Source: an uncultured Verrucomicrobiae bacterium (GTDB taxonomy: Bacteria; Verrucomicrobiota; Verrucomicrobiia; Chthoniobacterales; JAATET01). From it: a stretch of 64,000 bases of DNA. The DNA lies in NCBI GenBank assembly GCA_963719495.1, contig CAVRCI010000009.1:143409-207408 (forward strand). Direction: 5' to 3'. The notes below the pieces were generated by a model. The model worked only from the letters and a program-made list of their open reading frames with translations, was not told where the DNA came from and ran no database searches. Each line of letters opens with the position of its first letter. Within the stretch, counting starts at the first letter, position 1. The translations under genes and the position numbers were made by a program. Below, in pieces: positions 20,138 through 30,234 of this stretch.

Positions 20138-20416
20138 TTATTTGCTCACCTTGGCGGTGTGAGATCCGTGCCGTTTGAAGATTCGCGTCGGCGAAAATTC
20201 TCCCAGCTTGTGGCCAACCATGTTCTCGGTGACGAACACCGGGATGAAGGTTTTGCCGTTGTGGGTGTTGAAAGTGTGGCCGACGAAATCGGGAGTGATC
20301 GTCGAGCGCCGGGCCCAGGTCTTGATGGGCTTTTTGGTGTTCGCGTCGTTGAGCTTGTCGATTTTCTCGAGCAGCTTGAGGTCGACGTAGGGGCCTTTTT
20401 TGAGTGAACGGGACAT
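20138..20416 (-). CDS. rpsS: 30S ribosomal protein S19
   Basis: [22 protein letters not shown]. Confidence 0.98.
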   Translation of the reverse strand: MSRSLKKGPYVDLKLLEKIDKLNDANTKKPIKTWARRSTITPDFVGHTFNTHNGKTFIPVFVTENMVGHKLGEFSPTRIFKRHGSHTAKVSK

Positions 20417-20425
20417 GATGCGGGA

Positions 20426-21277
20426 TTACTTGGACTTCGACTTGTTCTTGCGACGTTCGACGATGAAACGATCCGACGGCTTGTTCTTCGTGCGGGTCTT
20501 GAAGCCCTTGGCGAGCTGACCCCACGGGCTGACCGGATGCTGGCGACCGCCACCACCCTTGGACTTACCGTTACCGCCACCGTTGGGGTGATCGATCGGG
20601 TTCATGACCATACCACGAACGTGCGGGCGCTTGCCGAGCCAACGGGAGCGTCCGGCCTTACCGCTGGAAACGTTCTCGTGGTCGGTGTTGCCGACCTGGC
20701 CGATCGTGGCGTAGCACTCGACGTGAATGCGGCGGAGTTCGCCGGATCCCAGTTTTACGTTGGCGTAATCGCCTTCGCGACTCGCGATGACAGCTCCAGT
20801 GCCGGCGCTGCGCATCAACTGAGCGCCGCGGCCCGGGATGAGCTCGAGATTGTGAATGGTGACGCCGAGCGGGACGAGGCGCAGTGGCATCGCGTTGCCG
20901 GGCTTCGGCGGAGCTTTCTCACCCGCGGTCACCTTGTCGCCGGCGGTCACGCCGACGGGTGCCAGAATGTAGGTCTTCTCGCCGCTAGGATATTGGAGCA
21001 GAGCGATGCGGGCCGAGCGATTGGGATCGTATTCGATGCCGATCACGTCGGCGACGACGTCGCGGATCTTGCGCTTGAAATCGATCTCCCGGTAACGGCG
21101 CTTGTGCCCGCCGCCACGGTGGCGCGAAGTCATCCGACCGTTGTTGTTGCGGCCGCCCGATTTCTTGAGTTTGCGGAGAAGGCTCTTCTCCGGCTCGGAT
21201 TTGGTGATCTCCGCGAAGTCCGGCAGCGCCTTGAAGCGGCTGGCTGGAGTGAGCGGTCGAAATGTTTTGAGTCCCAT
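20426..21277 (-). CDS. rplB: 50S ribosomal protein L2
   Basis: [30 protein letters not shown]. Confidence 0.98.
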   Translation of the reverse strand: MGLKTFRPLTPASRFKALPDFAEITKSEPEKSLLRKLKKSGGRNNNGRMTSRHRGGGHKRRYREIDFKRKIRDVVADVIGIEYDPNRSARIALLQYPSGEKTYILAPVGVTAGDKVTAGEKAPPKPGNAMPLRLVPLGVTIHNLELIPGRGAQLMRSAGTGAVIASREGDYANVKLGSGELRRIHVECYATIGQVGNTDHENVSSGKAGRSRWLGKRPHVRGMVMNPIDHPNGGGNGKSKGGGGRQHPVSPWGQLAKGFKTRTKNKPSDRFIVERRKNKSKSK

Positions 21278-21294
21278 GGCTAGTATCCCGTCGC

Positions 21295-21579
21295 TTAGAC
21301 GAGGTCGAGTTTGTCGCCTTCTTTCAAGGTGACGATGGCTTTTTTCCAGTGAGCACGGCGACCGAAGTCGGCGCGACGCTCGCGCTTCTTTTTGCCGTCG
21401 TAGTTCATGGTATTGACGGACGTCACCGACTTCTTGAAGAGCACCTCGACGGCGCGCTTGATCTCGAGCTTGTTGGCGGTCTTGCTGACGCGGAAGACGT
21501 ATTTGTTCTGCGTCTCGGAGAGAAGCGTCGCCTTCTCCGTGAGCAGGATGGTTTGGATGGTGTCGTGGATCGTGCTCAT
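21295..21579 (-). CDS. rplW: 50S ribosomal protein L23
   Basis: [23 protein letters not shown]. Confidence 0.97.
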   Translation of the reverse strand: MSTIHDTIQTILLTEKATLLSETQNKYVFRVSKTANKLEIKRAVEVLFKKSVTSVNTMNYDGKKKRERRADFGRRAHWKKAIVTLKEGDKLDLV

Positions 21580-22193
21580 GCTGCGAGTCGTTCGGAGATT
21601 TTCTGGATACCGTCGCGGGTGACGATGATTTTGTCGAAAGCGAGGAGCTGCTCGGTGTTTACATCGGAGGCAACCACGAGCTGGGTCGACTTGACGTTGC
21701 GACCGGCCTTGTAGGTCGTCTCGTCGAAGCTGGCTCCGATCACGAGCGTCTTCTTCGCGCCGGTGAAAGCGTCATTCACGAGGGAAACGAATCCCTTGGT
21801 CTTGAGCTCGGCGACCGCGAAGTTCTCGACGATGAGAACGTCGCCGTCCTTGATCCGCTCGCTGAACGCCTTGCGAAAGGCGAGCTTCTTGACAGCTTTC
21901 GGCACGTTCTTCGTGTAATCACGAGGACGCGGACCGTGAGCGGTGCCACCACCGGTCCAAATCGGCGAGGACTTGTAGCCGGCGCGGGCGCGACCGGTTC
22001 CCTTTTGGCGCCAAGGCTTGGCACCGGATCCAGCGACTTCGCCCTTGGTCTTCGTCTTGGCGGTGCCGCTACGGCGGGCCGCCTGGATGGCGACGACGAC
22101 GTCGTGGACGGCCTGATTGCCTTTTTTCGCGTCCGTGATGAGGACGATATTGGCTTGTTCCGCGTCGGCGGAGGTAAACGTAGGTGCGCTCAT
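21576..22193 (-). CDS. rplD: 50S ribosomal protein L4
   Basis: [27 protein letters not shown]. Confidence 0.98.
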   Translation of the reverse strand: MSAPTFTSADAEQANIVLITDAKKGNQAVHDVVVAIQAARRSGTAKTKTKGEVAGSGAKPWRQKGTGRARAGYKSSPIWTGGGTAHGPRPRDYTKNVPKAVKKLAFRKAFSERIKDGDVLIVENFAVAELKTKGFVSLVNDAFTGAKKTLVIGASFDETTYKAGRNVKSTQLVVASDVNTEQLLAFDKIIVTRDGIQKISERLAA

Positions 22194-22194
22194 C

Positions 22195-22845
22195 TTAGTC
22201 CTTCTTCACTTTGGCTTTTTTGATCGACGGGCGGACCACCACGTAGGAGCCCTTCGCGCCGGGAACGGCTCCGCTCACGAGGAGCAGATTGTCTTCCTCG
22301 CGGACCTGAACGATCTTGAGATTCTGAGTCGTGATGCGGTCGTCGCCCATGTGGCCGGGCATCTTGGTGTTCTTCCAGACGAGGCCTGGCGTCGAACCCG
22401 CGCCGACCGAACCGGTGCGGCGATGCATGGTGTGACCGTGCGAGGCGGGCTGACCCGCAAAGTTGTGGCGCTTGATGGGGCCTTGAAAACCCTTGCCCTT
22501 GGACTGGCCGACGACGTCGACCCACTGTCCGACCTCGAAGGTGGTCACGGGAAGGTCGACACTCTCCGGGGCGGCTTCACCGTCCTTCAAGCGGAATTCC
22601 TTGATGAAGCGCTTGGGCGTCGAATCGGTTTTGCCGAAGTGACCGAGCTGCGCTTTCGTCACGCGCTGGGGCTTCTGGTCGTCGAAACCAACCTGAATGG
22701 CGGTGTAACCATCCTTGTCGGCGTCGCGGACCGCGAGCACGCGGTTGCCGCCCGCCGCGATGACGGTCACGGTAATGGCGTTCCCGGCATCGTCGTAGAT
22801 GCGGGTCATGCCGAGTTTTTTTCCTAGGAGTCCGATGCTGCTCAT
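22195..22845 (-). CDS. rplC: 50S ribosomal protein L3
   Basis: GKKLGMT, SKGKGFQG, KMPGHMG. Confidence 0.98.
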   Translation of the reverse strand: MSSIGLLGKKLGMTRIYDDAGNAITVTVIAAGGNRVLAVRDADKDGYTAIQVGFDDQKPQRVTKAQLGHFGKTDSTPKRFIKEFRLKDGEAAPESVDLPVTTFEVGQWVDVVGQSKGKGFQGPIKRHNFAGQPASHGHTMHRRTGSVGAGSTPGLVWKNTKMPGHMGDDRITTQNLKIVQVREEDNLLLVSGAVPGAKGSYVVVRPSIKKAKVKKD

Positions 22846-22862
22846 GGTTCGCGTTCTCTGGG

Positions 22863-23174
22863 TCAGATCTTGATGGTGATGTCCACGCCGGCTGGGAGGT
22901 TGAGCTTACGCAGCTCGTCGACGGTCTTGGCGGTCGGCTCGACGATGTCGAGAAGGCGCTTGTGGGTGCGGATTTCGAACTGGTCCATCGACTTTTTATC
23001 GACGTGGGGCGAGCGGTTCACGGTGAACTTCTCGATGCGAGTGGGCAGCGGGATGGGTCCGGTGACCTTACTGCCGGTGCGTTTGGCCGTCTCCACGATC
23101 TCGAGCGCCGAGGCGTCGATGATCCGGTGATCGAAGCCCTTGAGGCGAATACGAATTTTTTGACCGTTCTGCAT
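22863..23174 (-). CDS. rpsJ: 30S ribosomal protein S10
   Basis: [26 protein letters not shown]. Confidence 0.98.
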   Translation of the reverse strand: MQNGQKIRIRLKGFDHRIIDASALEIVETAKRTGSKVTGPIPLPTRIEKFTVNRSPHVDKKSMDQFEIRTHKRLLDIVEPTAKTVDELRKLNLPAGVDITIKI

Positions 23175-23186
23175 GTGAATTAGAGC

Positions 23187-25361
23187 TTAGTAATTTTGAT
23201 CGAGAATCGAAGTGAGGACCTGGGGCGGGACGGGCTCGAAGTGGGATGGCTGCATCGAGTAGGACGAGCGGCCCTTCGAAAGGGAGCGGATCGCAGTAGC
23301 GTAGCCAAACATCTCGGCGAGGGGGACCTGAGCCTCGACCGTGGTGAGAATCCCCTTGGTCTCCATCCCTTGGATGTGCGCGCGGCGGCGGTTGAGGTCG
23401 CCGATGATGTCACCCTGAAATTCGTCGGGCGTAATGTTTTCGACTTTCATCACGGGCTCGAGGACAACCGGGCTGGCGTTTTTGATCGCATCCTTCATCG
23501 CGAAGATCGCGGCGAGCTGGAAGGCCATGTCGTTCGAGTCGACTTCGTGGAAGCTGCCGTCGACCAGTTCGACGTGGAGGTCGACGACCGGGTAGCTGGC
23601 GATGACGCCATTGGTCATCCCTTCCCCGAGGCCCTTGAGAACCGCGGGGATGAACTCCTTGGGAATCGTGCCTCCGGTGATCTGGTTGTCGACCGTGTAG
23701 CCCTTGCCGCGCTCGTTCGGACGGACCTTGATGACGACGTGGCCGTATTGGCCCTTGCCGCCGGACTGGCGAATGAGTTTGCCCTCGCCGTCGGCGTTGG
23801 CGGTGATGGTCTCGCGGTAGGCGATCTGCGGCTTGCCGGCGTTCGCCTGGACCTTGAACTCACGGAGGAGCCGGTCGCGAATGATCTCGAGGTGAAGCTC
23901 ACCCATCCCGGCGATGATCGTTTGACCGGTCTCTTCGGCGGTCGAAACGCGGAAGGTGGGATCTTCTTCGGCAAGGCGCGCGAGGCCGACGCTCATCTTG
24001 TCGGAGTCGGCCTTCGTCTTCGGCTCGATGGCCATCGAAATGACCGGGTCGGGGAAGGACGGTGGGATCAGGAAAACGGAACGCTTTTCGGCGCAGAGGG
24101 TGTCGCCGGTCTGGACGTTCTTCAGCCCGACGATCGCGGCGATGTCCCCGGCGTAGCAGACGTCGACGTCCTCGCGCTTGTCGGCTTGGATCTGGATCAG
24201 ACGGCTCACGCGCTCGCGCTTGCCGGTGCGGGGGTTGTAAACATTGTCGCCCTTGGCGAGCTTCCCGGCGTAAACGCGGAAGAAAACGAGTTTACCAACG
24301 AACGGATCGCTCCAAAGTTTGAAAGCGAGCGAGCAGAAAGGGGCATTGTCGTCGGTCGCGATGAGGACCTGCTCGTCGGTCGCGGGGTCCTGGGCCTCGG
24401 CGGCGGGGACGTCGAGCGGGCTCGGGAGGTAATCGACGACGGCGTCGAGGAGAAATTGGATTCCCTTGTTCTTGAAGGCCGAGCCTCCGGCGACGGGGAC
24501 GAAGCGATTGAGAATCGTCTGACGACGGATGGCGGCTTTGAGGTCCTGCTTGGTGATTTCCTCTTCGGCGAGGAACTTGGCACCAATCTCCTCGTCGAGA
24601 TCGCACATCCGCTCGAGGAGCGCCTCGTAAGCGAGAGCGGCCATGCCCTTGAGATCGGACGGGATGTCCTGAATCTCGTAGGTCGATCCGAGCAGGTCGT
24701 TGTCGGAGTAGACGACGGCTTTCTGGTTGAGCACGTCGATCTGGCCGCGGAGAGTTTCCTCCTTGCCGAGCGGGATGAGCACCGGGAGGCAATTCGCGCC
24801 GAGCTTCGAGCGCATGCTCTCCATCGCGGCGTCGAAATCGGCACCGGTGCGGTCCATCTTGTTGACGAAAGCAATGCGCGGAACGAGGTATTTGTCGGCT
24901 TGACGCCAGACGGTCTCCGACTGTGGTTGGACGCCGGCGACACCGCAGAAAACGGCAATCGCGCCGTCGAGCACGCGGAGCGAGCGCTCGACCTCGGCCG
25001 TGAAGTCCACGTGGCCAGGGGTGTCGATAATGTTGATCCGTTGATCCTCGTCTTCGAATGCCTTGTAGATCCCGCCCTGCTCGGCGCGCTGGAGCCAGTG
25101 GCAGGTCGTCGCGGCGGACGTGATCGTGATGCCGCGTTCGCGCTCCTGCTCCATCCAATCGGTGACCGTCGTGCCCTCGTGGACCTCGCCGATCTTGTGG
25201 ATCATTCCCGTGTAGAAAAGGATGCGCTCGGTGAGAGTCGTCTTGCCGGCGTCGATGTGCGCGGCGATGCCGATGTTGCGCGTGCGCTGCAACGGATAAG
25301 CGCGATCGGGCGAATTGGGATTCGCAATCTCGATCGGTTCGTCCTGGAGCATGGCTGGCAT
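23187..25361 (-). CDS. fusA: Elongation factor G
   Basis: AHIDAGKTT, RGITITSAAT, DTPGHVDF, NKMD, GMGELHL. Confidence 0.98.
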   Translation of the reverse strand: MPAMLQDEPIEIANPNSPDRAYPLQRTRNIGIAAHIDAGKTTLTERILFYTGMIHKIGEVHEGTTVTDWMEQERERGITITSAATTCHWLQRAEQGGIYKAFEDEDQRINIIDTPGHVDFTAEVERSLRVLDGAIAVFCGVAGVQPQSETVWRQADKYLVPRIAFVNKMDRTGADFDAAMESMRSKLGANCLPVLIPLGKEETLRGQIDVLNQKAVVYSDNDLLGSTYEIQDIPSDLKGMAALAYEALLERMCDLDEEIGAKFLAEEEITKQDLKAAIRRQTILNRFVPVAGGSAFKNKGIQFLLDAVVDYLPSPLDVPAAEAQDPATDEQVLIATDDNAPFCSLAFKLWSDPFVGKLVFFRVYAGKLAKGDNVYNPRTGKRERVSRLIQIQADKREDVDVCYAGDIAAIVGLKNVQTGDTLCAEKRSVFLIPPSFPDPVISMAIEPKTKADSDKMSVGLARLAEEDPTFRVSTAEETGQTIIAGMGELHLEIIRDRLLREFKVQANAGKPQIAYRETITANADGEGKLIRQSGGKGQYGHVVIKVRPNERGKGYTVDNQITGGTIPKEFIPAVLKGLGEGMTNGVIASYPVVDLHVELVDGSFHEVDSNDMAFQLAAIFAMKDAIKNASPVVLEPVMKVENITPDEFQGDIIGDLNRRRAHIQGMETKGILTTVEAQVPLAEMFGYATAIRSLSKGRSSYSMQPSHFEPVPPQVLTSILDQNY

Positions 25362-25405
25362 CGGGATGGGTTGAAAATTCGGGGTTCGAGTAGCGGCGCG
25401 GGGGG

Positions 25406-25879
25406 TTACCAGCGGAAGTGGGCGAAAGCGCGGTTGGCCTGCGCCATCTTGTGCATGTCGTCGCGCTTTTTGATGGCGTTGCCCTGGCCGGCGGCGGCGT
25501 CGCGCAGCTCGTTGGCGAGGGCGTCCTTCATCGGGATGCCGCGGCGGTTGTTGGCGAAATTGACGAGCCAGCGCATGGCAAGAGCGACCTGGCGCTCCTG
25601 CGGGACCTCCATCGGAACCTGGTAGGTCGCGCCACCGACTCGGCGGCTCTTGACCTCGAGGCGGGGCCGGACGTTGTCGATCGCCTTGTTGAGCGTCTCG
25701 AGGGGGTCGACCGTGTCGCTGCCCTCGTGGGATTTGTCGATGGCACCGTAAACGATCTTTTCGGCGGTGGCCTTCTTGCCCCGGCTCATGACGGCGCTGA
25801 TGAGACGCGCAACGAGCGGACTCGCGTAGCGGCTATCGCGTTTGACTTCTTTGTGAATGACTCGACGACGACGGGACAT
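25406..25879 (-). CDS. rpsG: 30S ribosomal protein S7
   Basis: SRRVGGATYQVP, HKMAQANRAFAHFRW. Confidence 0.98.
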   Translation of the reverse strand: MSRRRRVIHKEVKRDSRYASPLVARLISAVMSRGKKATAEKIVYGAIDKSHEGSDTVDPLETLNKAIDNVRPRLEVKSRRVGGATYQVPMEVPQERQVALAMRWLVNFANNRRGIPMKDALANELRDAAAGQGNAIKKRDDMHKMAQANRAFAHFRW

Positions 25880-25888
25880 GGCTTCTTG

Positions 25889-25920
25889 AAATTAGAAATG
25901 CGGAATGCTGAATTAGAAAT
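25889..25920. repeat. Degenerate heptamer array in the rpsL-rpsG spacer
   Basis: aaattag aaatgcg gaatgct gaattag. Confidence 0.6.
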
Positions 25921-25923
25921 CTG

Positions 25924-26340
25924 TTAGCGTTTTTTGCCGCCCTTGCCCTTTGCGGGCGCTTCCTGACCGGGTTTCGGGCGCTTGGCACCGTATTTCGAGC
26001 GGCCGCGACGCCGACCGTCGACTCCGAGGGCGTCGAGCGCGCCGCGAACGATGTGGTAACGCGTGCCCGGCAGATCCTTCACGCGTCCACCGCGAACGAG
26101 GACGATGGAGTGCTCCTGGAGATTGTGCCCCTCGCCGCCGATGTAGGCGATGACCTCCTGGCCATTCGTGAGGCGGACTTTGGCGACCTTACGCAGCGCG
26201 GAGTTCGGCTTCTTGGGGGTTCGCGTCATGACCTGAACGCAGACCCCGCGGCGTTGCGGGCAATTGTTCAGCGCGGGCGACTTCGATTTCGTCGTCACTT
26301 TCTTCCGTCCGTGGCGGACGAGTTGGTTGATCGTAGGCAT
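25924..26340 (-). CDS. rpsL: 30S ribosomal protein S12
   Basis: [28 protein letters not shown]; start placed at ATG 26340. Confidence 0.98.
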   Translation of the reverse strand: MPTINQLVRHGRKKVTTKSKSPALNNCPQRRGVCVQVMTRTPKKPNSALRKVAKVRLTNGQEVIAYIGGEGHNLQEHSIVLVRGGRVKDLPGTRYHIVRGALDALGVDGRRRGRSKYGAKRPKPGQEAPAKGKGGKKR

Positions 26341-26448
26341 GAGCGTTTTTTGGAAAAGCGGTTCTGTAAATCCGAGACGTCCTGGGGACAAAAAAGCCAC
26401 ACTAGGAATGTGGCTATCCTCGAACCCCGTCGGAGTGCGGGAGAGAGG

Positions 26449-26476
26449 AAACTAGCGGTTGGCGTGGGCAGCGCAA
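26449..26476 (-). promoter_or_regulatory. Candidate sigma70 promoter for the str operon
   Basis: Minus strand TTGCGC-N16-TAGTTT with an A-tract upstream. Confidence 0.35.
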
Positions 26477-26668
26477 TCCTTTTTTGGAAAATTTCATGCC
26501 GTTTTTACCGGAAGGCGGTTGGCAATGTTCGACGAAGCCGCGGAGGCGGTGCCGAGACCGGGCGGAGCATTTCAACGAGATGGCCCTCCCGAGAGCTGGC
26601 CGAACCCGATTCGTTTGCGGCGGAATTGACGACACACCCCGGCTCGTGAGACTTTGCGCGGCTCGCGC

Positions 26669-29185
26669 ATGGGAGGCAAAAAGAACAAGTCCAAACAGCG
26701 GCAGCAGCAGCGACGGAAGGAAATCCTCGCCGCGTCGCCCGACGACCTTGCGCTCAAAGCGGAGGACGAGATGGAGGTGGGGCGGTATCGTCAGGCCCGC
26801 GACCTGCTCAAGCCGCTCGCCAAGGCCGACCCGGGCCGCTTCCTCGCCCTGCTCGTCCAGGCCAACCTCGCGCTGGCGCGGCAAATGATCGACCGCGGTC
26901 AGGCCAGCGAGGCCGAGCAGGTCCTCGCTTACGTCCGGACGCTCGCGCCCAAGAGCGGCGTCTCGCCCACCATCGACCTGGAACTCGCCCTCTCTAAAAA
27001 AGACTGGCCCGCCGTTGCCAGCAGCGCCGCCGCGATCCTCGCCAGCGCCGCGCCCGACGGGAGCACCCGCGCCGCCGACGCGCTCGTCGCCGCCGGTGAG
27101 CGGCTGCCCGACGAAGCCGCCACGCCCGCCCTCCGCGCCGCGCTGCACGGCATCCTCGAGGCGTTCGACGCGGTGGCCGACTCGCGGTTCGACGACGCGC
27201 GGGACGCGATCCGCCCCATCGAGCGGGCGAGCGTCTTCGCGCCGTGGAAGGTGCTTCTCCGCGGGATGATTGCCCTGCACACCGGCGACGCGGCGGCCGC
27301 CCGGCGGTTCTTCGAGACGTCCCTCGACGGTGCGCCCGCTCGCGCGGCCCGCGCGTTCCTGCCGTTCTGCGGCGGCACACTCCCGCCCGGCGACGCGCTG
27401 CCCTCGGCCCTTGGGACCGCCGTGGCCCGCGTCGCGAATCTTGGCCCGGCCACGCCCGCCCTCGTCCTCGCGGAGACCGCCTGGCGCTCCGGCCAACCCG
27501 CCGCCGCCTACCGGGCGCTCTGCGACGGCATTGCCAACTTCCCTTCCGCCGCGCCGGGCGTGAACGGGGAACTGACCCAATTCTTCCTCGCCGTCCCGCG
27601 GATGCTCGACTGGAAGGCCGCCAACGCGTTCGTCGATGTCTTCGACCGGATTCTCGTCTCGAACCGTGCCAGGAACCGCGCCGAGGAGCGCCTCGCCTGC
27701 CGCATCGTCGTCGCCCCCATCGCCCAAGACGGTCGCGACGACGCGCTCCTCCGCAGCCTTTGGGAGCGATTTGTCCGGCTGCACGCCCTCGACTTCGGCC
27801 CGGACCCGCGGCTCGCCTCCGCCGTGGATACGCACCTCGGCAGAAAATTTGCGGCCCCCAATCCCTGGGGCTTCAACTCGGGACAACCCCACCACCCCCG
27901 CTGGGCCGACGAACTCCTCACCCGCGCCGTCGAACGCGATCCCGACAATCTCGACGCCTGCCTCGCCCTCCTCGACCTCCGCGAACTCGAGGGCAACGCG
28001 AGTGCCCGCAATCATCTCCTCGACGACATGGCGGACCGATTCCCCGACGACAAGCGGGTGCTGCGCCGAGCCGGCCTCCTCGCTCTCGAGCGCAAAGCCT
28101 ACACCAAAGGCACCGGCTACCTCGAGCGCCTCCGCGCCATCGACCCGAACGACGCGACGACCTTGCGACCGCTGATTGTCGGCTATTTCATGATGGCCCT
28201 CGACCACTTCGGAAAAAACAAGCCCGCGCGCGCTCGTGAGCTTTTCGCTGTCGTCCGCCGCCTCGCCCTGCCGCCCAACAGCGGCGACGTCCTTTGCTCG
28301 CTCGAGTTCGTCGTCGCCAAACAGGCCAACGTCGAATCCATCGAAGGCGATCCCGCCATCGCACTCGCCAACCGGGAAGAAGCGCTCGCTCTCGCCCGGT
28401 TTGAGTCGCCCCTCGCACTCTACTTTGCGCTCTGCGGCGGAGAGGAAAAAACCGTGCAGCTCTGGCGCGACCGTTTCACCGCCGCCACACGACAAGCCGT
28501 CTCCGGCGCGGAACTCCTCGAGGTCGTGCGCGCCCTCATCCACGTCGATGGTCTCCGCTCCAACGTGGACATCGATTGGGCCATCGAAGCGGTCACCCGA
28601 CTTGCCTCCCACACCCGGAAACATCCGATCTCCCGCGAGTCCGCGGTCGCCATCGTCGAACTCCTCCACGCCGCGGACGACTTCGACGACATCCTCGATG
28701 CCATCACGGATGGACGGCTCGCCGCGGATCCTGGTGACCCGTATTTCGGGTTCGAGCGGTTCGTCGCGGCGGGTCGCTTCGAAGACAGCCCGACGGAAGC
28801 ACCTTTTGACCAGCTCGAGAGCTTGGCCGACGAAGCCCGCCGCCGCAACGACCGCGCCGCCCTCGACGCCATCGGTCCCATCCTCGCCCAAGCGCGGTCT
28901 CGCTCCCCGCGCACCCGCTCCAGCGGCCCGACTTTCACACCGCTGGACATCGACGAGATGGACGATGACGACGATGACGATGAAGAATCGGACCCCAAGA
29001 TGGATCACTTCCGCCAGGAGATCGCCGCCATGTCCGACGCCGAGTTTCGCCGTTTCCGCAAGCGCATCGGGCGGAAAATCGACCCCCTCATTCTCGACGA
29101 ACTCCGCGCCGCCTCCCGCGAACCCGATCCACCGAAGCCCGGGCACCTGAACCTCTCGGCCCAACTCGACCTTTTCCCAGAATGA
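26669..29185 (+). CDS. Large helical-repeat (TPR-like) protein ending in QLDLF
   Basis: TPR-like segments (GRYRQARDLLKPL, LTRAVERDPDN, YLERLRAIDPND), acidic tract, C-terminus QLDLFPE. Confidence 0.8.
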   Translation: MGGKKNKSKQRQQQRRKEILAASPDDLALKAEDEMEVGRYRQARDLLKPLAKADPGRFLALLVQANLALARQMIDRGQASEAEQVLAYVRTLAPKSGVSPTIDLELALSKKDWPAVASSAAAILASAAPDGSTRAADALVAAGERLPDEAATPALRAALHGILEAFDAVADSRFDDARDAIRPIERASVFAPWKVLLRGMIALHTGDAAAARRFFETSLDGAPARAARAFLPFCGGTLPPGDALPSALGTAVARVANLGPATPALVLAETAWRSGQPAAAYRALCDGIANFPSAAPGVNGELTQFFLAVPRMLDWKAANAFVDVFDRILVSNRARNRAEERLACRIVVAPIAQDGRDDALLRSLWERFVRLHALDFGPDPRLASAVDTHLGRKFAAPNPWGFNSGQPHHPRWADELLTRAVERDPDNLDACLALLDLRELEGNASARNHLLDDMADRFPDDKRVLRRAGLLALERKAYTKGTGYLERLRAIDPNDATTLRPLIVGYFMMALDHFGKNKPARARELFAVVRRLALPPNSGDVLCSLEFVVAKQANVESIEGDPAIALANREEALALARFESPLALYFALCGGEEKTVQLWRDRFTAATRQAVSGAELLEVVRALIHVDGLRSNVDIDWAIEAVTRLASHTRKHPISRESAVAIVELLHAADDFDDILDAITDGRLAADPGDPYFGFERFVAAGRFEDSPTEAPFDQLESLADEARRRNDRAALDAIGPILAQARSRSPRTRSSGPTFTPLDIDEMDDDDDDDEESDPKMDHFRQEIAAMSDAEFRRFRKRIGRKIDPLILDELRAASREPDPPKPGHLNLSAQLDLFPE

Positions 29186-29487
29186 ACCCCTTTACCACCC
29201 TCGGAGTCGCCCCCACCGCCGACGACCGCGCCATCCGCGACGCCTACCTCGTCGGCATCCGCGCCTCGCCGCCCGACACCGACCCCACCCGGTTCCGCGC
29301 CATCTCCGACGCCTACGAACTCGTCAAAACCGCGCCAGCCCGCATCCGCTACCAGCTCTTCGACGAGACGTCCCCCGGCGACAGTCCGCTCGACGTCGTC
29401 GTCCGCCACGCCGTCGGGCGCGGCGCACCCAAGCCCATGAACCGCGACACCCAGCGCGCCTTCCTGCGCGATTGTCTCGAATCATGA
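29182..29487 (+). CDS. Small J-domain-like protein with PPD in place of HPD
   Basis: NPFTTLGV...IRDAY...SPPDTDPTRFRAISDAYELV follows the J-domain pattern; ATGA overlap with the upstream gene. Confidence 0.8.
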   Translation: MNPFTTLGVAPTADDRAIRDAYLVGIRASPPDTDPTRFRAISDAYELVKTAPARIRYQLFDETSPGDSPLDVVVRHAVGRGAPKPMNRDTQRAFLRDCLES

Positions 29488-30194
29488 ATCCCGACCCGGC
29501 CGACTGGAAGGAACGCGCCTTCGACGACTTCGCCCGCTGGCTGCACGCCGCCGACGCGACGCCGCCGACCGCGGCCCCCGACGCCGAAGCCGACGCCCCC
29601 GACCTCCACTCCCTCCTCGCCGAGCTCACCGCCCTCCGCCACGAAGCCCGCACCGGCAACCGCCGCGCCGCGGAATCCGCCGGTCAGACCACCGCCGCCC
29701 TCCAGCGTTGCGAAGCAACCCTCACCGGGCTCCTCGCCTTCCACGCATCCACCACCACCGATCGCCCACCCTCGCGCGCTCACTGCCTCGCTCTCGTCGA
29801 ACTCCACGACCGGCTCGCCCGCGTCGCCGCCGCCCTCGACCGCCCGCCCTCACCCCCCGCCTCACCCCCCGCCTCACCCCCCCGCCGCGGCTGGCTCGGT
29901 ACCCCCACCCCACCCCCGCCCACCGACGCCTGGGCCGCCGCGTGGGAAAGCGTCCGGCAGGGCCTCGGCATCGTCCAGCGCCACACCGAAGCCGTGCTCA
30001 CCAGCGCCGGAGTCCTGCCGATTCCCACCCGCAGCCTCCCCTTCGACCCCCTGCGAATGGTCGCCATCGCCACCGAGCCGCACCCTCACCTCCCGACCCA
30101 CCACGTCACCGACGAACTCGCCCCCGGCTACGAATTCCAGGGCGAAATCCTCCGCGCCGCCGAAGTCAAAGTCTGCGCCCCGCCCGCGCCATAA
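29484..30194 (+). CDS. GrpE-like nucleotide exchange factor
   Basis: N-terminal coiled coil; PFDPLRMVAI...VTDELAPGYEFQGEILRAAEVKV; ATGA overlap. Confidence 0.85.
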   Translation: MNPDPADWKERAFDDFARWLHAADATPPTAAPDAEADAPDLHSLLAELTALRHEARTGNRRAAESAGQTTAALQRCEATLTGLLAFHASTTTDRPPSRAHCLALVELHDRLARVAAALDRPPSPPASPPASPPRRGWLGTPTPPPPTDAWAAAWESVRQGLGIVQRHTEAVLTSAGVLPIPTRSLPFDPLRMVAIATEPHPHLPTHHVTDELAPGYEFQGEILRAAEVKVCAPPAP

Positions 30195-30234
30195 CTCCCA
30201 ACTCCCAACTCGCAACTCGCAACTCGCAACTCGC
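30193..30234. repeat. Heptamer array (AACTCSC x6) spanning stop codon to ATG
   Basis: aactccc x2, aactcgc x4, then atg. Confidence 0.9.

Noticed and set aside
13492..25625. Long plus-strand ORFs opposite ribosomal genes and fusA (535, 551 and 809 aa)
   Set aside because: Antisense shadows with no independent coding signal
26414..29164. 916-aa minus-strand ORF
   Set aside because: Shadow of the TPR-like gene, which is the one coupled to the downstream operon
29848..29883. 12-bp tandem repeat in the GrpE-like gene
   Set aside because: In-frame PASP linker expansion; minor on its own
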